DNA of 64,000 nucleotides. Origin: Macrostomum lignano (lineage: Eukaryota). The notes beneath the pieces were generated by a model. That model was not told where the DNA came from. It worked only from the letters and a program-made list of their open reading frames with translations, and did not search any database. Within the stretch, counting starts at the first letter, position 1; each line of letters begins with the position of its first letter. The stretch covers positions 186,001 through 250,000 of the forward strand of contig NIVC01000040.1 of the NCBI GenBank assembly GCA_002269645.1, in the 5' to 3' direction. Shown piece after piece: positions 47,766-62,222 of the stretch. A program made the translations under genes and the position numbers.

Positions 47766-48174
47766 ATGGATGGCGCCTCGAATTCTCGCAGCGCTTTCGA
47801 CTTCAGCATAGAACACCTGGAGCAGCTCACGCAGGAGTCTTTAGAAGCCAGCGCGGGCGCTTTCAACACATTTCACACTGGCGACACGCCCAAGACGTGC
47901 GGCCTGGAGCCCGGCGGAGAGCAGCATAATTATTTCTTTGGATCGGTTGATTTAACAGCCGAGCTGAGAACTCCGGGTGCTCTGCACACACCTGGCCCAT
48001 TGACTCAGCAGCAGCAGCAGCAATCGCTATTGTCGACTCCTCCAATTAAATCCGAGCCCAAACAGGAGCCCAAAGTTGTTTTATCATCAACTGTTCGAGT
48101 TTCAACGCTGGATAATAGTTGTAGTACTATTAGTACTGATACTATTAATAGCATCGTCTGCAGCTCGTCAGCTG
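47766..48174 (+). CDS. Egr: Egr exon 1 (MDGASNSRSAFDFSIEHLEQL...SSSA)
   Basis: ATG at 47766, 409 nt, donor G|gtgagt. Phase 1 matches the zinc-finger exon. The two-exon layout with the fingers in exon 2 is typical of EGR genes. No direct homology recognised. Confidence 0.7.
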
Positions 48175-48289
48175 GTGAGTTATCTTCCCTAATCCTTGGG
48201 CTTAATCATACTTTATCCTGGTAAAAACTTGAAAACGAACTGACTTTATTGACAAAAAGCGAAAACAAGACGGCTGATTCACTACAGGA

Positions 48290-48965
48290 TGGCGCCAGAT
48301 TATCAGGTGGCGTCGGGTTTTTAGGTGGCGCCAAATTTTTAGTTTGGCGCCAAACCTCGGGTTGCACCGATTTTTCAGGTGGCGCAGGAAATTCCTGGTG
48401 GCGCCGAGTTTTTAGGTGGCGCCGAATTTTCAGGTGGCGCCGGGTTTTTAGGTGGCGCTGGGTTTTCAGGTGGCGCTGGGTTTTTAGGTGGCGCTGGGTT
48501 TTCAGGTGGCGCTGGGTTTTTAGGTGGCGCTGGGTTTTTAGGTGGCGCTGGGTTTTTAGGTGGCGCTGGGTTTTCAGGTGGCGCTGGGTTTTTAGGTGGC
48601 GCTGGGTTTTCAGGTGGCGCTGGGTTTTTAGGTGGCGCTGGGTTTTTAGGTGGCGCCGGGTTTTTAGGTGGCGCTGAGTTTTTAGGTGGCGCTGGGTTTT
48701 TAGGTGGCGCTGGGTTTTTAGGTGGCGCCGGGTTTTTAGGTGGCGCCGTGTTTTTAGGTGGCGCCGGGTTTTAAAGTGGCGCCGAATTTTCAGGTGGCGC
48801 CGGTTTTTAGCTGGCGCCGAATTTTTAGTTTGGCGCCAAATTTCGGGATGCGCTGGGTTTTTAGGTGACGCCGAATTTTTTGTTTGGCGCTGAATTTTTA
48901 GGTGGCGCCGAATTTCAGGTGGCGCCGAATTTTCAGGTGGCGCTGGGTTTTAGGTGGCACCGGGT
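48290..48965. repeat. 18-bp minisatellite (Egr intron)
   Basis: aggtggcgctgggttttt. Confidence 0.95.
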
Positions 48966-49017
48966 GCCGGTTGAGTGAGTCCCTGCTGCTACCGCGTGAA
49001 TTTCAGCGATTTCTTAA

Positions 49018-49500
49018 GTGAATCACACTGGCTATCACATATTGTATTTCTAAGATTCACAGTGAATCACAGTGGCAATCACATAGTGTGTTTCTATGAT
49101 TCACAGTGAATCACAGTGGCTATCACATAGTGTATTTCTATGAATCACAGTGAATCACACTGGCCATCACATAGTGTATTTCTATGAATCACAGTGAATC
49201 ACAGTGGCTATCACATAGTGTATTTCTATGATTCACAGTGAATCACAGTGGCTATCACATAGTGTATTTCTATGAATCACAGGGAATCACACTGGCTATC
49301 ACATAGTGTATTTCTATGACTCACAGTGAATCACACTGGCTATCATATATTGTATTTCTAAGATTCACAGTGAATCACAGTGGCAATCACATAGTGTGTT
49401 TCTATGATTCACAGTGAATCACAGTGGCTATCACATAGTGTATTTCTATGAATCACAGTGAATCACACTGGCCATCACATAGTGTATTTCTATGACTCAC
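49018..49500. repeat. 44-bp minisatellite with internal palindromes
   Basis: agtgaatcacagtggctatcacatagtgtatttctatgattcac. Confidence 0.95.
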
Positions 49501-50159
49501 AGTTCGGCACGATGAATTTCATAGTAAAGAAATATAGTCTGAAGTCTAAACCTGCCTCATGAGCCCCAGATAAGCAAGGTCATCTGCCCGACAGCAGCTG
49601 CTAAATGTACTTTATTAGTGAAGTATCATCGAGACTTTTATACAACTACGTCGTAACCTCAATATCCTCCATATTCGACCTCGATATCAGACACGCTAGC
49701 TGCCCTTGATACCGCTATAACACTGGCCCCCTCCAGGCACCGACTGCGCCTCAAGGTTGGGAAGAGAGAGGGCATAAGGGCTGCTATGGGAAGAAAGATG
49801 AGGTTATTTGGGGTCACGAGTACACTGAGTAGAGCATTTCTGTCCGGCTTCTTTCGAGGGGCCTGGAAACTAGTGATTCCCTGCTGCTGCTGCCTGAATT
49901 TCAGCGATTTCTCAACAAAAAATGGTCTTGTGTTCCCTCCAAGTGTAGCCATTGAAGCGTTGCTCATAACCCCTATTGGCCCAAGCCCTTTGTGCTATTT
50001 TTCGTTTTGTGAAGCGCGTTGTGACGGACTGTCATTGTGCTGTAGCGAGTACTTTTTTCCTACAGTTCCTTTGTATTTGAATTTTTCCTGTATAGATGCA
50101 TCTCTTGCTTGCAGCTATGCTTTCTGGCGACGATAGTTTGGGGATTTTCGGGATTTTCA

Positions 50160-52000
50160 AATCTAGGATTTGGAGTGAAAATTCTGGATTCGGAGTGATC
50201 ATTCTGGATTCGGAGTGATCATTCTGGATTCGGAGTGAACATTCTGGATTCGGAGTGATCATTCTGGATTCGGAGTGATCATTCTGGGTTCGGAGTGATC
50301 ATTCTGGGTTCGGAGTGAACATTCTGGGTTCGGAGTGATCATTCTGGGTTCGGAGTGAAGATTCTGGATCCGGAGTGAACATTCTGGGTTAGAAGTGATC
50401 ATTCTGGATTCGGAGTGATCATTCTGGATTCGGAGTGATCATTCTGGGTTCGGAGTGAACATTCTGGATTTGGAGTGAAAATTCTGGATTCGGAGTGAAG
50501 ATTCTGGATTCGGAGTAAAAATTTTGGATTCGGAGTGATCATTCTGGATTCGGAGTGATCATTCTGGGTTCGGAGTGATCATTCTGGATTCGGAGTGAAC
50601 ATTCTGGATTCGGAGTGATCATTCTGGGTTCGGAGTGATCATTCTGGATTCGGAGTGATCATTCTGGGTTCGGAGTGATCATTCTGGATTCGGAGTGATC
50701 ATTCTGGATTCGGAGTGAAGATTCTGGATTCGGAGTGAAGATTCTGGATCCGGAGTGAACATTCTGGGTTAGAAGTGAAGATTCTGGATTCGGAGTGAAG
50801 ATTCTGGATTCGGAGTAAAAATTTTGGATTCGGAGTGATCATTCTGGATTCGGAGTGATCATTCTGGGTTCGGAGTGATCATTCTGGATTCGGAGTGAAC
50901 ATTCTGGATTCGGAGTGAAGATTCTGGATTCGGAGTGAAGATTCTGGATTCGGAGTGAAGATTCTGGATTCGGAGTGAAGATTCTGGATCCGGAGTGAAC
51001 ATTCTGGGTTAGAAGTGATCATTCTGGATTTGGAGCGAAGATTCTGGATCCGGAGTGAACATTCTGGGTTAGAAGTGATCATTCTGGATTCGGAGCGAAC
51101 ATTCTGGAATCGGAGTGAACATTCTGGATTCGGAGTGATCATTCTGGGTTAGGAGTGATCATTCTGGGTTCGGAGTGATCATTCTGGGTTCGGAGTGAAC
51201 ATTCTGGATTCGGAGTGATCATTCTGGGTTCGGAGTGAACATTCTGGATTCGGAGTGATCATTCTGGGTTCGGAGTGAACATTCTGGATTTGGAGTGAAA
51301 ATTCTGGATTCGGAGTGAAGATTCTGGATTCGGAGAAAAATTATGGATTCGGAGTGAAGATTCTGGATTCGGAGTGAAGATTCTGGATTCGGAGTGAAGA
51401 TTCTGGATCCGGAGTGAACATTCTGGGTTAGAAGTGAAGATTCTGGATTCGGAGTAAAAATTCTGGATTCGGAGTGAAGATTCTGGATTCGGAGTGAAGA
51501 TTCTGGGTTAGAAGTGATCATTCTGGATTCGGAGCGAACATTCTGGAATCGGAGTGAACATTCTGGGTTAGGAGTGATCATTCTGGGTTAGGAGTGATCA
51601 TTCTGGATTCGGAGTAAAAATTCTGGATTCGGAGTGAAGATTCTGGATTCGGAGTGAAGATTCTGGATCCGGAGTGAACATTCTGGGTTAGAAGTGATCA
51701 TTCTGGATTCGGAGTGATCATTCTGGATTCGGAGTGAAGATTCTGGATTCGGAGTGAAAATTATGGATTCGGAGTGAACATTTTGGGTTCGGAGTGAACA
51801 TTCTGGGTTAGGAGTGAACATTCTGGATTCGGAGTGAACATTCTGAGTTCGGAGTGAACATTCTGGATTTGGAGTGAAAAATTCTGGGTTCGGGTAAAAA
51901 TTTGCAATTTAGAGTGAAATTTCTGGATTCGGAGTGAAAATACTAGATTCAGGGTGAAATTTGCGATTTGGAGTGAAAAATTCAGTGAAAAATGGAGTGA
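50160..52000. repeat. 20-bp minisatellite (Egr intron)
   Basis: attctggattcggagtgatc, about 90 copies. Confidence 0.97.
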
Positions 52001-52039
52001 AAGCAGGTTTTTAATGTTCGGAGCGTTTTTTACATCTGA

Positions 52040-53044
<1,005 letters not shown>

Positions 53045-53084
53045 GGCTTGGGATAAAAATCCTATTGGGATCCCAAAATTTGGA

Positions 53085-53485
53085 GATCTGAGATTGGGGA
53101 TTGGGGATCTGAGATTGCGGATGTGACATTGGGATCTGATATTGGGGATCTGATATTGGGGATCTGATATTAGGGATCTGATATTGGGGACCTGAGATTC
53201 GGGATCTGAGATTGGGGATCTGAGATTTGGGGTCTGCTATTGGGGATCTGAGATTGGGGATCTGAGATTAGGGATCTGAGATTAGGAATCTGAGATTAGA
53301 GATCTGAGATTGGGGATCTGAGATTGGGGATCTGAGATTGGGGATCTACGAGCGTAAGATTGGGGATCTGATATTAGGGATCTAAGATTGGGGATCTGAT
53401 ATTGGGGATCTGAGATTGGGGATCTGAGATTGGGGATCTAAGATTGGGGATCTAAGATTGGGGATCTGATATTGGGGATCTGAAA
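53085..53485. repeat. 14-bp minisatellite (Egr 3' region)
   Basis: attggggatctgag. Confidence 0.95.
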
Positions 53486-53712
53486 TAAACTATCCGAGGT
53501 CATAGCTATTTTGGTAAGTAAACTCTAAAATGGGTCATTTTCTGAATGCATCAAAATCCAGTGTCTGTGAATGAAATAACAATTTTTTCATACTTTCAAA
53601 CTTGTTGCCAGCTTAAATGACAACTTTATCGCATGCCAAAGTTCTATTTTCGTGCTATTTAGATAGACTATTGGTTGAGTTTGTTACTGCTCATGTGAAT
53701 TATTGTCTGCGA

Positions 53713-53721
53713 TTATTTATT
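53713..53721 (+). promoter_or_regulatory. AU-rich element nonamer (UUAUUUAUU) in the probable Egr 3'UTR
   Basis: Exact TTATTTATT. The transcript end is unknown. Confidence 0.3.
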
Positions 53722-53869
53722 GTTTGAATTCTGTCATTTTGAATTTGTTTTAACGATTTTTTTATATGGATTTTTAATTTTCAGCGATATTAAATGCTCT
53801 ACTCGGGCTGCAAGCAGGTCAACAGCACTGACAATCTAGGGCGTCTGTTTTGTGAACACTGAGCTGTAA

Positions 53870-55490
53870 GAGAGTGTCACTAGATCGGAAAGTGTGACAT
53901 CTATTAGATCTACAAGAGTGTCACTATATCGGTAAGTGTGACATCTATTAGATCTACAAGAGTGTCACTAGATCGGAAAGTGTGACATCTAGATCTACAA
54001 GAGAGTCACTAGATCGGAAAGTGTGACATCTATTAGATCTACAAGAGTGTCACTAGATCGGAAAGTGTGACATGTATTAGATCTACAAGAGTGTCACTAG
54101 ATCGGAAAGTGTGACATCTATTAGATCTACAAGAGAGTCACTAGATCGGAAAGTGTGACATCTACTAGATCTACAAGAGTGTCACTAGATCGGAAAGTGT
54201 GACATCTACTAGATCTACAAGAGTGTCACTAGATCGGAAAGTGTGACATCTATTAGATCTACAAGAGTGTCACTAGATCGGAAAGTGTGACATGTATTAG
54301 ATCTACAAGAGTGTCACTAGATCGGAAAGTGTGACATCTATTAGATCTACAAGAGAGTCACTAGATCGGAAAGTGTGACATCTACTAGATCTACAAGAGT
54401 GTCACTAGATCGGAAAGTGTGACATCTACTAGATCTACAAGAGTGTCACTAGATCGGAAAGTGTGACATCTATTAGATCTACAAGAGTGTCACTAGCTCG
54501 GAAAGTGTGACATCTATTAGATCTACAAGAGAGTCACTAGATCGGAAAGTGTGACATGTATTAGATCTACAAGAGTGTCACTAGATCGGAAAGTGTGACA
54601 TCTATTAGATCTACAAGAGAGTCACTAGATCGGAAAGTGTGACATCTATTAGATCTACAAGAGTGTCACTAGATCGGAAAGTGTGACATCTATTAGATCT
54701 ACAAGAGAGTCACTAGATCGGAAAGCGAGACATCTATTAGATCTACAAGAGAGTCACTAGATCGGAAAGTGTGACATCTATTAGATCTACAAGAGAGTCA
54801 CTAGATCGGAAAGTGTGACATCTATTAGATCTACACGAGTGTCACTAGCTCGGAAAGTGTGACATCTATTAGATCTACAAGAGAGTCACTAGATCGGAAA
54901 GTGTGATATCTATTAGATCTACGAGAGAGTCACTAGATCGGAAAGTGTGACATCTATTAGATCTACAAGAGAGTCACTAGATCGGAAAGTGTGACATCTA
55001 TTAGATCTACAAGAGAGTCACTAGATCGGAAAGCGAGACATCTATTAGATCTACAAGAGAGTCACTAGATCGGAAAGTGTGACATCTATTAGATCTACAA
55101 GAGAGTCACTAGATCGGAAAGTGTGACATCTATTAGATCTACACGAGTGTCACTAGCTCGGAAAGTGTGACATCTATTAGATCTACAAGAGAGTCACTAG
55201 ATCGGAAAGTGTGATATCTATTAGATCTACAAGAGAGTCACTAGATCGGAAAGTGTGACATCTATTAGATCTACAAGAGAGTCACTAGATCGGAAAGTGT
55301 GACATCTATTAGATCTACACGAGTGTCACTAGCTCGGAAAGTGTGACATCTATTAGATCTACAAGAGAGTCACTAGATCGGAAAGTGTGATATCTATTAG
55401 ATCTACAAGAGAGTCACTAGATCGGAAAGTGTGACATCTATTAGATCTACAAGAGAGTCACTAGATCGGAAAGTGTGACATCTACTAGAT
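53870..55490. repeat. 44-bp minisatellite
   Basis: cactagatcggaaagtgtgacatctattagatctacaagagagt, about 36 copies. Confidence 0.97.
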
Positions 55491-56164
55491 CAGTAGATGA
55501 GTGTCAGCAGTGCCATATTAAGATTTTTATCCCTAAGCTAGCTAAGTGGGTATCGGTAAATGGCGCTTGAATCCAAACATTCCCCTTCGCTTATTTTCCC
55601 TTTAGAATTAATTCATTTCATTTGAATATTCTAACAACCTTATCACAATGCGAATTGTTTTATTTTAATTTCAAATTTCCAATCGAGTTTGTTATAATTT
55701 TTAGGATTAGATTGGCATATTTTGATCTCTATCTAATTTGAATAACAAACTCAAATTAGGTGACACTTCGGTTAAATAATTCGAAAATATAACGCGATCT
55801 CATTCCAATTTGGTATGTTTGCACCATCTAACCCTTCTCAAATATTTATTGTGCAGAGATTATCTCTTCGACTTGATGCAAATATTATGCTTGTGCGGCC
55901 GTCATGTGTTTGACGATCTTGCTTAATTAACTAAATTTACAATTTGGCCTTTTATCAGTTCCAATCGTTATCAGATATGACGCACATGGTAAACGCGTGC
56001 AGCTCAATGAGACCGAAAATTTATCAGCACAGATCAGTGGAATTATTACGAAAAGCTATGCAAACTACTTTAAGTAAGAAATATTGAGTTTGCACAAAAC
56101 TATTGTGTTTTTGTTGTCATACCAATACACGCAGCTGTTTGTACTGTGTTGCTGATGACCGAAT

Positions 56165-56840
56165 GTGGGGTGGCCTGGGGAGGCAGTGAGGTAGCCTGGG
56201 GAGGCTGTGGGGTAGCCTGGGGAGGCAGTGAGGTAGCTTGGAGAGGTGGTGGGGTAGCCTGGGGAGGCAGTGAGGTAGCTTGAAGAGGCTGTGGGGTAGC
56301 CTGGGGAGGCAGTGAGGTAGCTTGAAGAGGCGGTGGGGTAGCCTGGGGAGGGCTGTGGGGTAGCCTGGGGAGGCAGTGAGGTAGCTTGGAGAGGTGGTGG
56401 GGTAGTCTGGGGAGGCGGTGGGGTAGCCTGGGGAGGCAGTGAGGTAGCTTGGAGAGGTGGTGGGGTAGTCTGGGGAGGCGGTGGGGTAGCCTGGGGAGGC
56501 AGTTGGGGGTAGCCTGGGGAGGCAGTGGGGTAGCTTGAAGAGGTGGTGGGGTAGCCTGGGGAGGCAGTTGGGGGTAGCCTGGGGAGGCAGTGGGGTAGCC
56601 TGGGGAGGCAGTTGGGGGTAGCCTGGGGAGGCAGTGGGGTAGCTTGAAGAGGTGGTGGGGTAGCCTGGGGAGGCTGTGGGGTAGCCTGGGGAGGCAGTTG
56701 GGGGTAGCCTGGGGAGGCAGTGGGGTAGCCTGGGGAGGCAGTTGAGGGTAGCCTGGGGAGGCAGTTGGGGGTAGCCTGGGGAGGCAGTTGGGGGTAGCCT
56801 GGGGAGGCAGTTGGGGGTAGCCTGGGGAGGCTGTGGGGTA
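56165..56840. repeat. About 21-bp G-rich minisatellite
   Basis: ggggtagcctggggaggcagt. Confidence 0.95.
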
Positions 56841-57064
56841 GGGAATTAATTAATGTGACTGCACTTGGAATCGAGCCTGGGCTGCTGGCACACCAAAGAC
56901 CACTGGGCTGCATGTATGCAGCCCTTTAACCTTGTTTGGTTCATGGCTTGATACATGTAGATTGATGGATTGATATCTTTAAAAAATATGGAAGGATGGA
57001 TTGATAGACTGAGGGATCGATGATTTGATGGATCGATGTCTATAAGTGCCACTACTGCAGATGG

Positions 57065-57320
57065 TGATACAGACACACAGCCAGTCTGCAAGGGCTAGAT
57101 ACAGACACACACAACCAGTCTGCAAGGGCTAGATACAGACACACACAGCCAGTCTGCAAGGGCTAGATACAGACACACACAGCCAGTCTGCAAGGGCTAG
57201 ATACAGACACACACAGCCAGTCTGCAAGGGCTAGATACAGACACACAGCCAGTCTGCAAGGGCTAGATACAGACACACACAACCAGTCTGCAAGGGCTAT
57301 ATACAGACACACACACTGGA
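57065..57320. repeat. 34-bp minisatellite
   Basis: cagacacacacagccagtctgcaagggctagata. Confidence 0.93.
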
Positions 57321-57904
57321 CTAAGGGAAGAGAGGATGAAGGCAAGGTTATGGAGAATAAGGATGCGAATCCGTCCTATCTCGATTCCGGACTTTCAGTT
57401 TGACTGACATCCCGGACTCTGAGCTGCAGGGAGTGGGAGGTTTAGGGCAGGGGGGGGGGCGAGGAGGCACCCCAGGGGGCATCGTGAGAGTTGCAGCCAA
57501 TCCATTCCGTGCTGCACTCTATCAGCTGTCCATGGAGGAGACTGAGATGAGGCGGGAAAGGGGGGGGTTGATGGTGGCTGCGGCAATTTTTTAAGCCCAG
57601 CGCGCCCGAGAGAGGTCGCACACCAGTTTAGGGGCCTCCTCGCACAGTAGTGAATTTCCTGAATATCGATTTGTTAAAATTGAGCAACTAGCTGTTTCTA
57701 TTCAAAGTTGTTCACGTGTATACAACTAAGAACACCTGAGACAATTTTTTTTCGCTATTTTTTTCAAATTTTTAAAAGCGGCATGAACTGCAAGTGATGG
57801 GTGAGTTTGGGAGGGCTGGGTCGGGTTCGAGTTTTGCTGTGAAGAGAGGAGACACTGGGAGCTGTAGCTAGGGGGGTGGATGGACTGGTGAGAAATGTAG
57901 CTAG

Positions 57905-58510
57905 GGGGAGGGAGACAGCAGAGAGAGGTAGGTACACAGAGGAAGAGAGGTAGACAGGGGAGAGAGAGGTAGGTACACAGAGGAAGAGAGGTAGACAGGG
58001 GAGAGAGGTAGGTACACGGAGGAAGAGAGGTAGACAGGGGAGAGAGGTAGGTACACGGAGGAAGAGAGGTAGACAGGGGAGAGAGGTAGGTACACGGAGG
58101 AAGAGAGGTAGACAGGGGAGAGAGGTAGGTACACGGAGGAAGAGAGGTAGACAGGGGAGAGAGAGGTAGGTACACGGAGGAAGAGAGGTAGACAGGGGAG
58201 AGAGAGGGGGTAGGTACACGGAGGAAGAGAGGTAGACAGGGGAGAGAGAGGTAGGTACACGGAGGAAGAGAGGTAGACAGGGGAGAGAGAGGGGGTAGGT
58301 ACACAGAGGAAGAGAGGTAGAAAGGGGAGAGAGGTAGGTACACAGAGGAAGAGAGGTAGACAGGGGAGAGAGAGGTAGGTACACAGAGGAAGAGAGGTAG
58401 ACAGGGGAGAGAGAGGTAGGTACACAGAGGAAGAGAGGTAGACAGAGGAGAGGGAAGGCAGTAGACGAGGATAAAGTGAAGTAGACAGAAGAGACAGACA
58501 GGGTAGAGAG
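57905..58510. repeat. About 39-41-bp purine-rich minisatellite
   Basis: gagaggtaggtacac(a/g)gaggaagagaggtagacagggga. Confidence 0.93.
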
Positions 58511-58894
58511 GAAGGTATGGCAAGGCAAATTAATGATGCCTCATGACATTGATACGCATCAATGTCAATGTCAATACGCTTGTACAATATCTAATGACTG
58601 TTGCCAACAGAAATGAATAGGCTCGATAAATGAGACTCAGAGAGCTCTGCTAAGATAGAGCTACCGTCGGTTCACACAGTGCGACCTAATAGATAAGGCT
58701 TATTTCCTTTTTTTCATTTTGCATCTCTATACCTCTCTTCTTATTCAAGCGTTCATTTGCTTGTCTCTTTGGATATCGTTCAGGCCAAGGAGATCTAGGT
58801 GAAAAGCTGTCATCTGGGTGGATAGCTCCTTCTTTGAGAGAAGTATTTCTCAAATATATATATTGTACTTTATAACCGTTTTATTAGACGGTTA

Positions 58895-60070
58895 TGAGAT
58901 GGTTTGAGATGGTTTGAGATTGTCTGAGATTGTCTGAGATGGTTTGAGATGGTTTGAGATGGTCTGAGATGGTCTGAGATGGTCTGAGATGGTTTGAGAT
59001 GGTTTGAGATGGTTTGAGATGGTTTGAGATGGTATGAGATGGTCTAAGATGGTCTGAGATGGTCTGAGATGGTCTGAGATGGTTTGAGATGGTTTGAGAT
59101 GGTCTGAGATGGTCTAAGATGGTTTGAGATGGTATGAGATGGTCTGAGATGGTCTGAGATGGTTTGAGATGGTTTGAGATGGTCTGAGATGGTCTGAGAT
59201 GGTCTGAGATGGTATGAGATGGTCTGAGATGGTCTGAGATGGTCTGAGATGGTCTGAGATGGTCTGAGATGGTTTGAGATGGTCTAAGATGGTCTGAGAT
59301 GGTTTGAGATGGTCTGAGATGGTCTGAGATGGTTTGAGATGGTTTGAGATGGTTTGAGATGGTCTGAGATGGTTTGAGATGGTTTGAGATGGTCTAAGAT
59401 GGTTTGAGATGGTTTGAGATGGTCTGAGATGGTTTGAGATGGTCTAAGATGGTTTGAGATGGTTTGAGATGATTTGAGATATGGTATGAGATGGTTTGAG
59501 ATAGTCTAAGATGGTTTGAGATGGTCTAAGATGGTTTGAGATGGTCTGAGATGGTCTAAGATGGTTTGAGATGGTCTAAGATGGTTTGAGATGGTCTGAG
59601 ATGGTCTAAGATGGTTTGAGATGGTCTAAGATGGTTTGAGATGGTCTGAGATGGTCTAAGATGGTTTGAGATGGTCTAAGATGGTTTGAGATGGTCTGAG
59701 ATGGTCTAAGATGGTTTGAGATGGTCTAAGATGGTTTGAGATGGTCTAAGATGGTTTGAGATGGTCTGAGATGGTCTAAGATGGTTTGAGATGGTCTAAG
59801 ATGGTTTGAGATGGTCTAAGATGGTTTGAGATGGTCTAAGATGGTTTGAGATGGTCTGAGATGGTCTGAGATGGTTTGAGATGCTTCAGAAATTTGCGCG
59901 ACAGTTTGAGATGGTTTAAGACGCTGTGAGATGGTTTGAGACAGTTTGAGACACGTTGAGACATCTTGAGATGGTTTGAGACTCTGTGAGACTGTTTGAG
60001 ACAGCTTGAGATTTTTGAGACTCTGTGAGACAGTTTGAGACAGTTTGAGATGATTTGAGACGGTTTGAGA
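58895..60070. repeat. 10-bp minisatellite
   Basis: gagatggt(t/c)t. Confidence 0.96.
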
Positions 60071-60658
60071 TGGCTCACAGCCGGCAGTTGCATTCCAGAT
60101 ATCAGATCTTATCGTCTCCCAGAAAAGCCTGCACTGGCTTGCAATTATTGTATAAAATTGTCTACTTAAGATTCTCCGGCTGTATCTTTGCCCCCGAGTG
60201 TCTCAGTGGACTCGGAGAGTGCAGCAGCTGAGGCGGGGTGCTCTGTAATAACGCCGTAGTATGTGCAGCGGGCATGAGCAGCCTGGTCAGACACAGAAAG
60301 CGTCGCTAAAAGACAGAGAAAAAAATAGAAAGACAGTTTCTGCAAGCAGAAACAATGTGTAGAATCGCGGCCGCAGCTTCTCTATTGACAGTCGGACACT
60401 TCACCTCTTTCTGCTGGCCTGTCTCTTCTCTTCTCTGCCTCTCTACCTCTCTCCCCTCCTGTCTCCATCTGCCTCTCAACTTTCTATACGATTATAGCCG
60501 ATCTTTTTGTCCACAAAAAAGCTTGGCCGGCCGTTAAGTTGAAAAAGCGCAGCAGCAGCAGCTGAGTAGTGCATGATTCAGTTCTTCTTAACTCGGTGGC
60601 TGGAGGATTAGTGAGCACACACACACACACGCACACACATGTTCAGCGTAGTTTAAGC

Positions 60659-60905
60659 ATGAGCACAAGCTCAGCTAGTGAGTTTGGGTAAGGTCAAGCC
60701 CAGTTTATCACAAATTGTAACATTTAACGACCTACATATTGATCAATACATTTTTTTACATTTCCCCCTTTCTTAGAAAGCCTGACGGGGCTGTCGAGGC
60801 ACGACAGCCGCCTCTGGACTTGCACGGAGGCAGTCAGGAGTTCGAGCCTCCAACTAATCACCTCTTGACTGGCATACCGGAGGAACAGCCTAGCGGGAAG
60901 AAAAG
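60659..60905 (+). CDS. Candidate unidentified gene, exons 60659-60687 and 60777-60905
   Basis: ATG...TTT GG|gtaagg, 89-nt intron, ctttcttag|A AAG...AAA AG|gtgaga. Phases agree and give MSTSSASEFGKPDGAVEARQPPLDLHGGSQEFEPPTNHLLTGIPEEQPSGKKR. No homology recognised. Confidence 0.4.
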
Positions 60906-60944
60906 GTGAGACAATAAAGTAGATTTGGAGTGACTGCAATGACT

Positions 60945-61305
60945 GCAGGTGTCTGAGAGTGACTCTAGGTGACTGAGAGTGACTGTAGGTGACTGAGAGT
61001 GACTGTAGGTGACTGTAGGTGACTGAGAGTGGCTGTAGATGACTGAGAGTGACTGAAGGTGACTGTAGGTGACTGAGAGTGACTGTAGGTGACTGTAGGT
61101 GACTGAGAGTGACTGTAGGTGACTGTAGGTGACTGCAGGTGACTGAGAGTGACTGACGGTGACTAAGAGGGACTGTAGGTGACTAAGAGTGACTGAAGGT
61201 GACTGAGAGTGACTGACGGTGACTGAGAGTGACTATGGGTGACTAAGAGTGACTGGGACTGACTGGGACTGACTGAGAGTGACTGGGAGTGACTGTGAGT
61301 GACTG
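60945..61305. repeat. 10-bp minisatellite
   Basis: gtgactgaga / gtgactgtag. Confidence 0.94.
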
Positions 61306-61859
61306 GCACTGGAGTGCAAGTTCATATAACGGCCCCCAGACCCAATGCAGCTCAGAGGGAAGCATTTGGGCATTTCATTGCTTCCAGGGGAGAGGAGGTG
61401 AGGGGACGGCAGTGGCAATGGAAAAGATCGAATTATAGAGCCGCGGCCAGTTTGAGAAGAAATATCCCAGCAGTTCTTCATCCCCCCCCCCAGAATCCAG
61501 AGCTCGCAGCCTCCCTGCCCTTCTCCCTCTCATGCTCGACCCACCCGGCTCTCTTCTTTCGAAAATTCCTAATTTATCGCTCTCATTTTTGTGCTCGCGA
61601 GAATTCCGCCGGTTTAGCCCCGTGCATGGCTTTTAATTGCTGCCCAGCAACCAGCCTGGGTTAGCTCTGGGAGATGGGATGGAGAAAGGAGAAATCATAA
61701 TTTTGCTATCCCGCAAAGGCACCGGCAGGAGCTGCTCGAAGTATCAGGACAATAAAATGCTGCCCACCATCACCGAACTTTCAGCCGTATGCATGACCCC
61801 TATTGCACTCTGCGTTCTGTTCTCTCAGTGCTCTTTTAAGTTGAGTAGGGGGCCTATTC

Positions 61860-62222
61860 TATCTCCTATTTTCTATCCCCTATCCTATTTTATCTATCCC
61901 CTATTCTCTATTCTCTATCCCCTATCATCTATCCTCTATCATCTATCCCTCATCTCCTATCTCCCATCCCTTATCCCCTAATCATCAATCCCCCATCCTT
62001 TATCCCCCATCTTCTATTCCCATCCCTTATCCCCTATCTTTTATCCCATCCTTTATGCTGCCCTATCCCTTATCCACCAATCCCCTATCCCAACCCCAAC
62101 CCCATCCTCCATCCCATCCTCCATCCCATCCTCTATCCCATCCTCCATCCCATCCTCCATCCCATCCTCCATCCCATCCTCCATCCCATCCTCCATCCCA
62201 TCCTCCATCCCATCCTCTATCC
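61860..62222. repeat. CTATCC-like tract and 12-bp minisatellite
   Basis: atcccatcctcc. Confidence 0.9.

Noticed and set aside
49659-49967. 102-aa minus ORF inside the Egr intron as a nested gene
   Set aside because: No recognisable domain, no convincing splice sites or start context.
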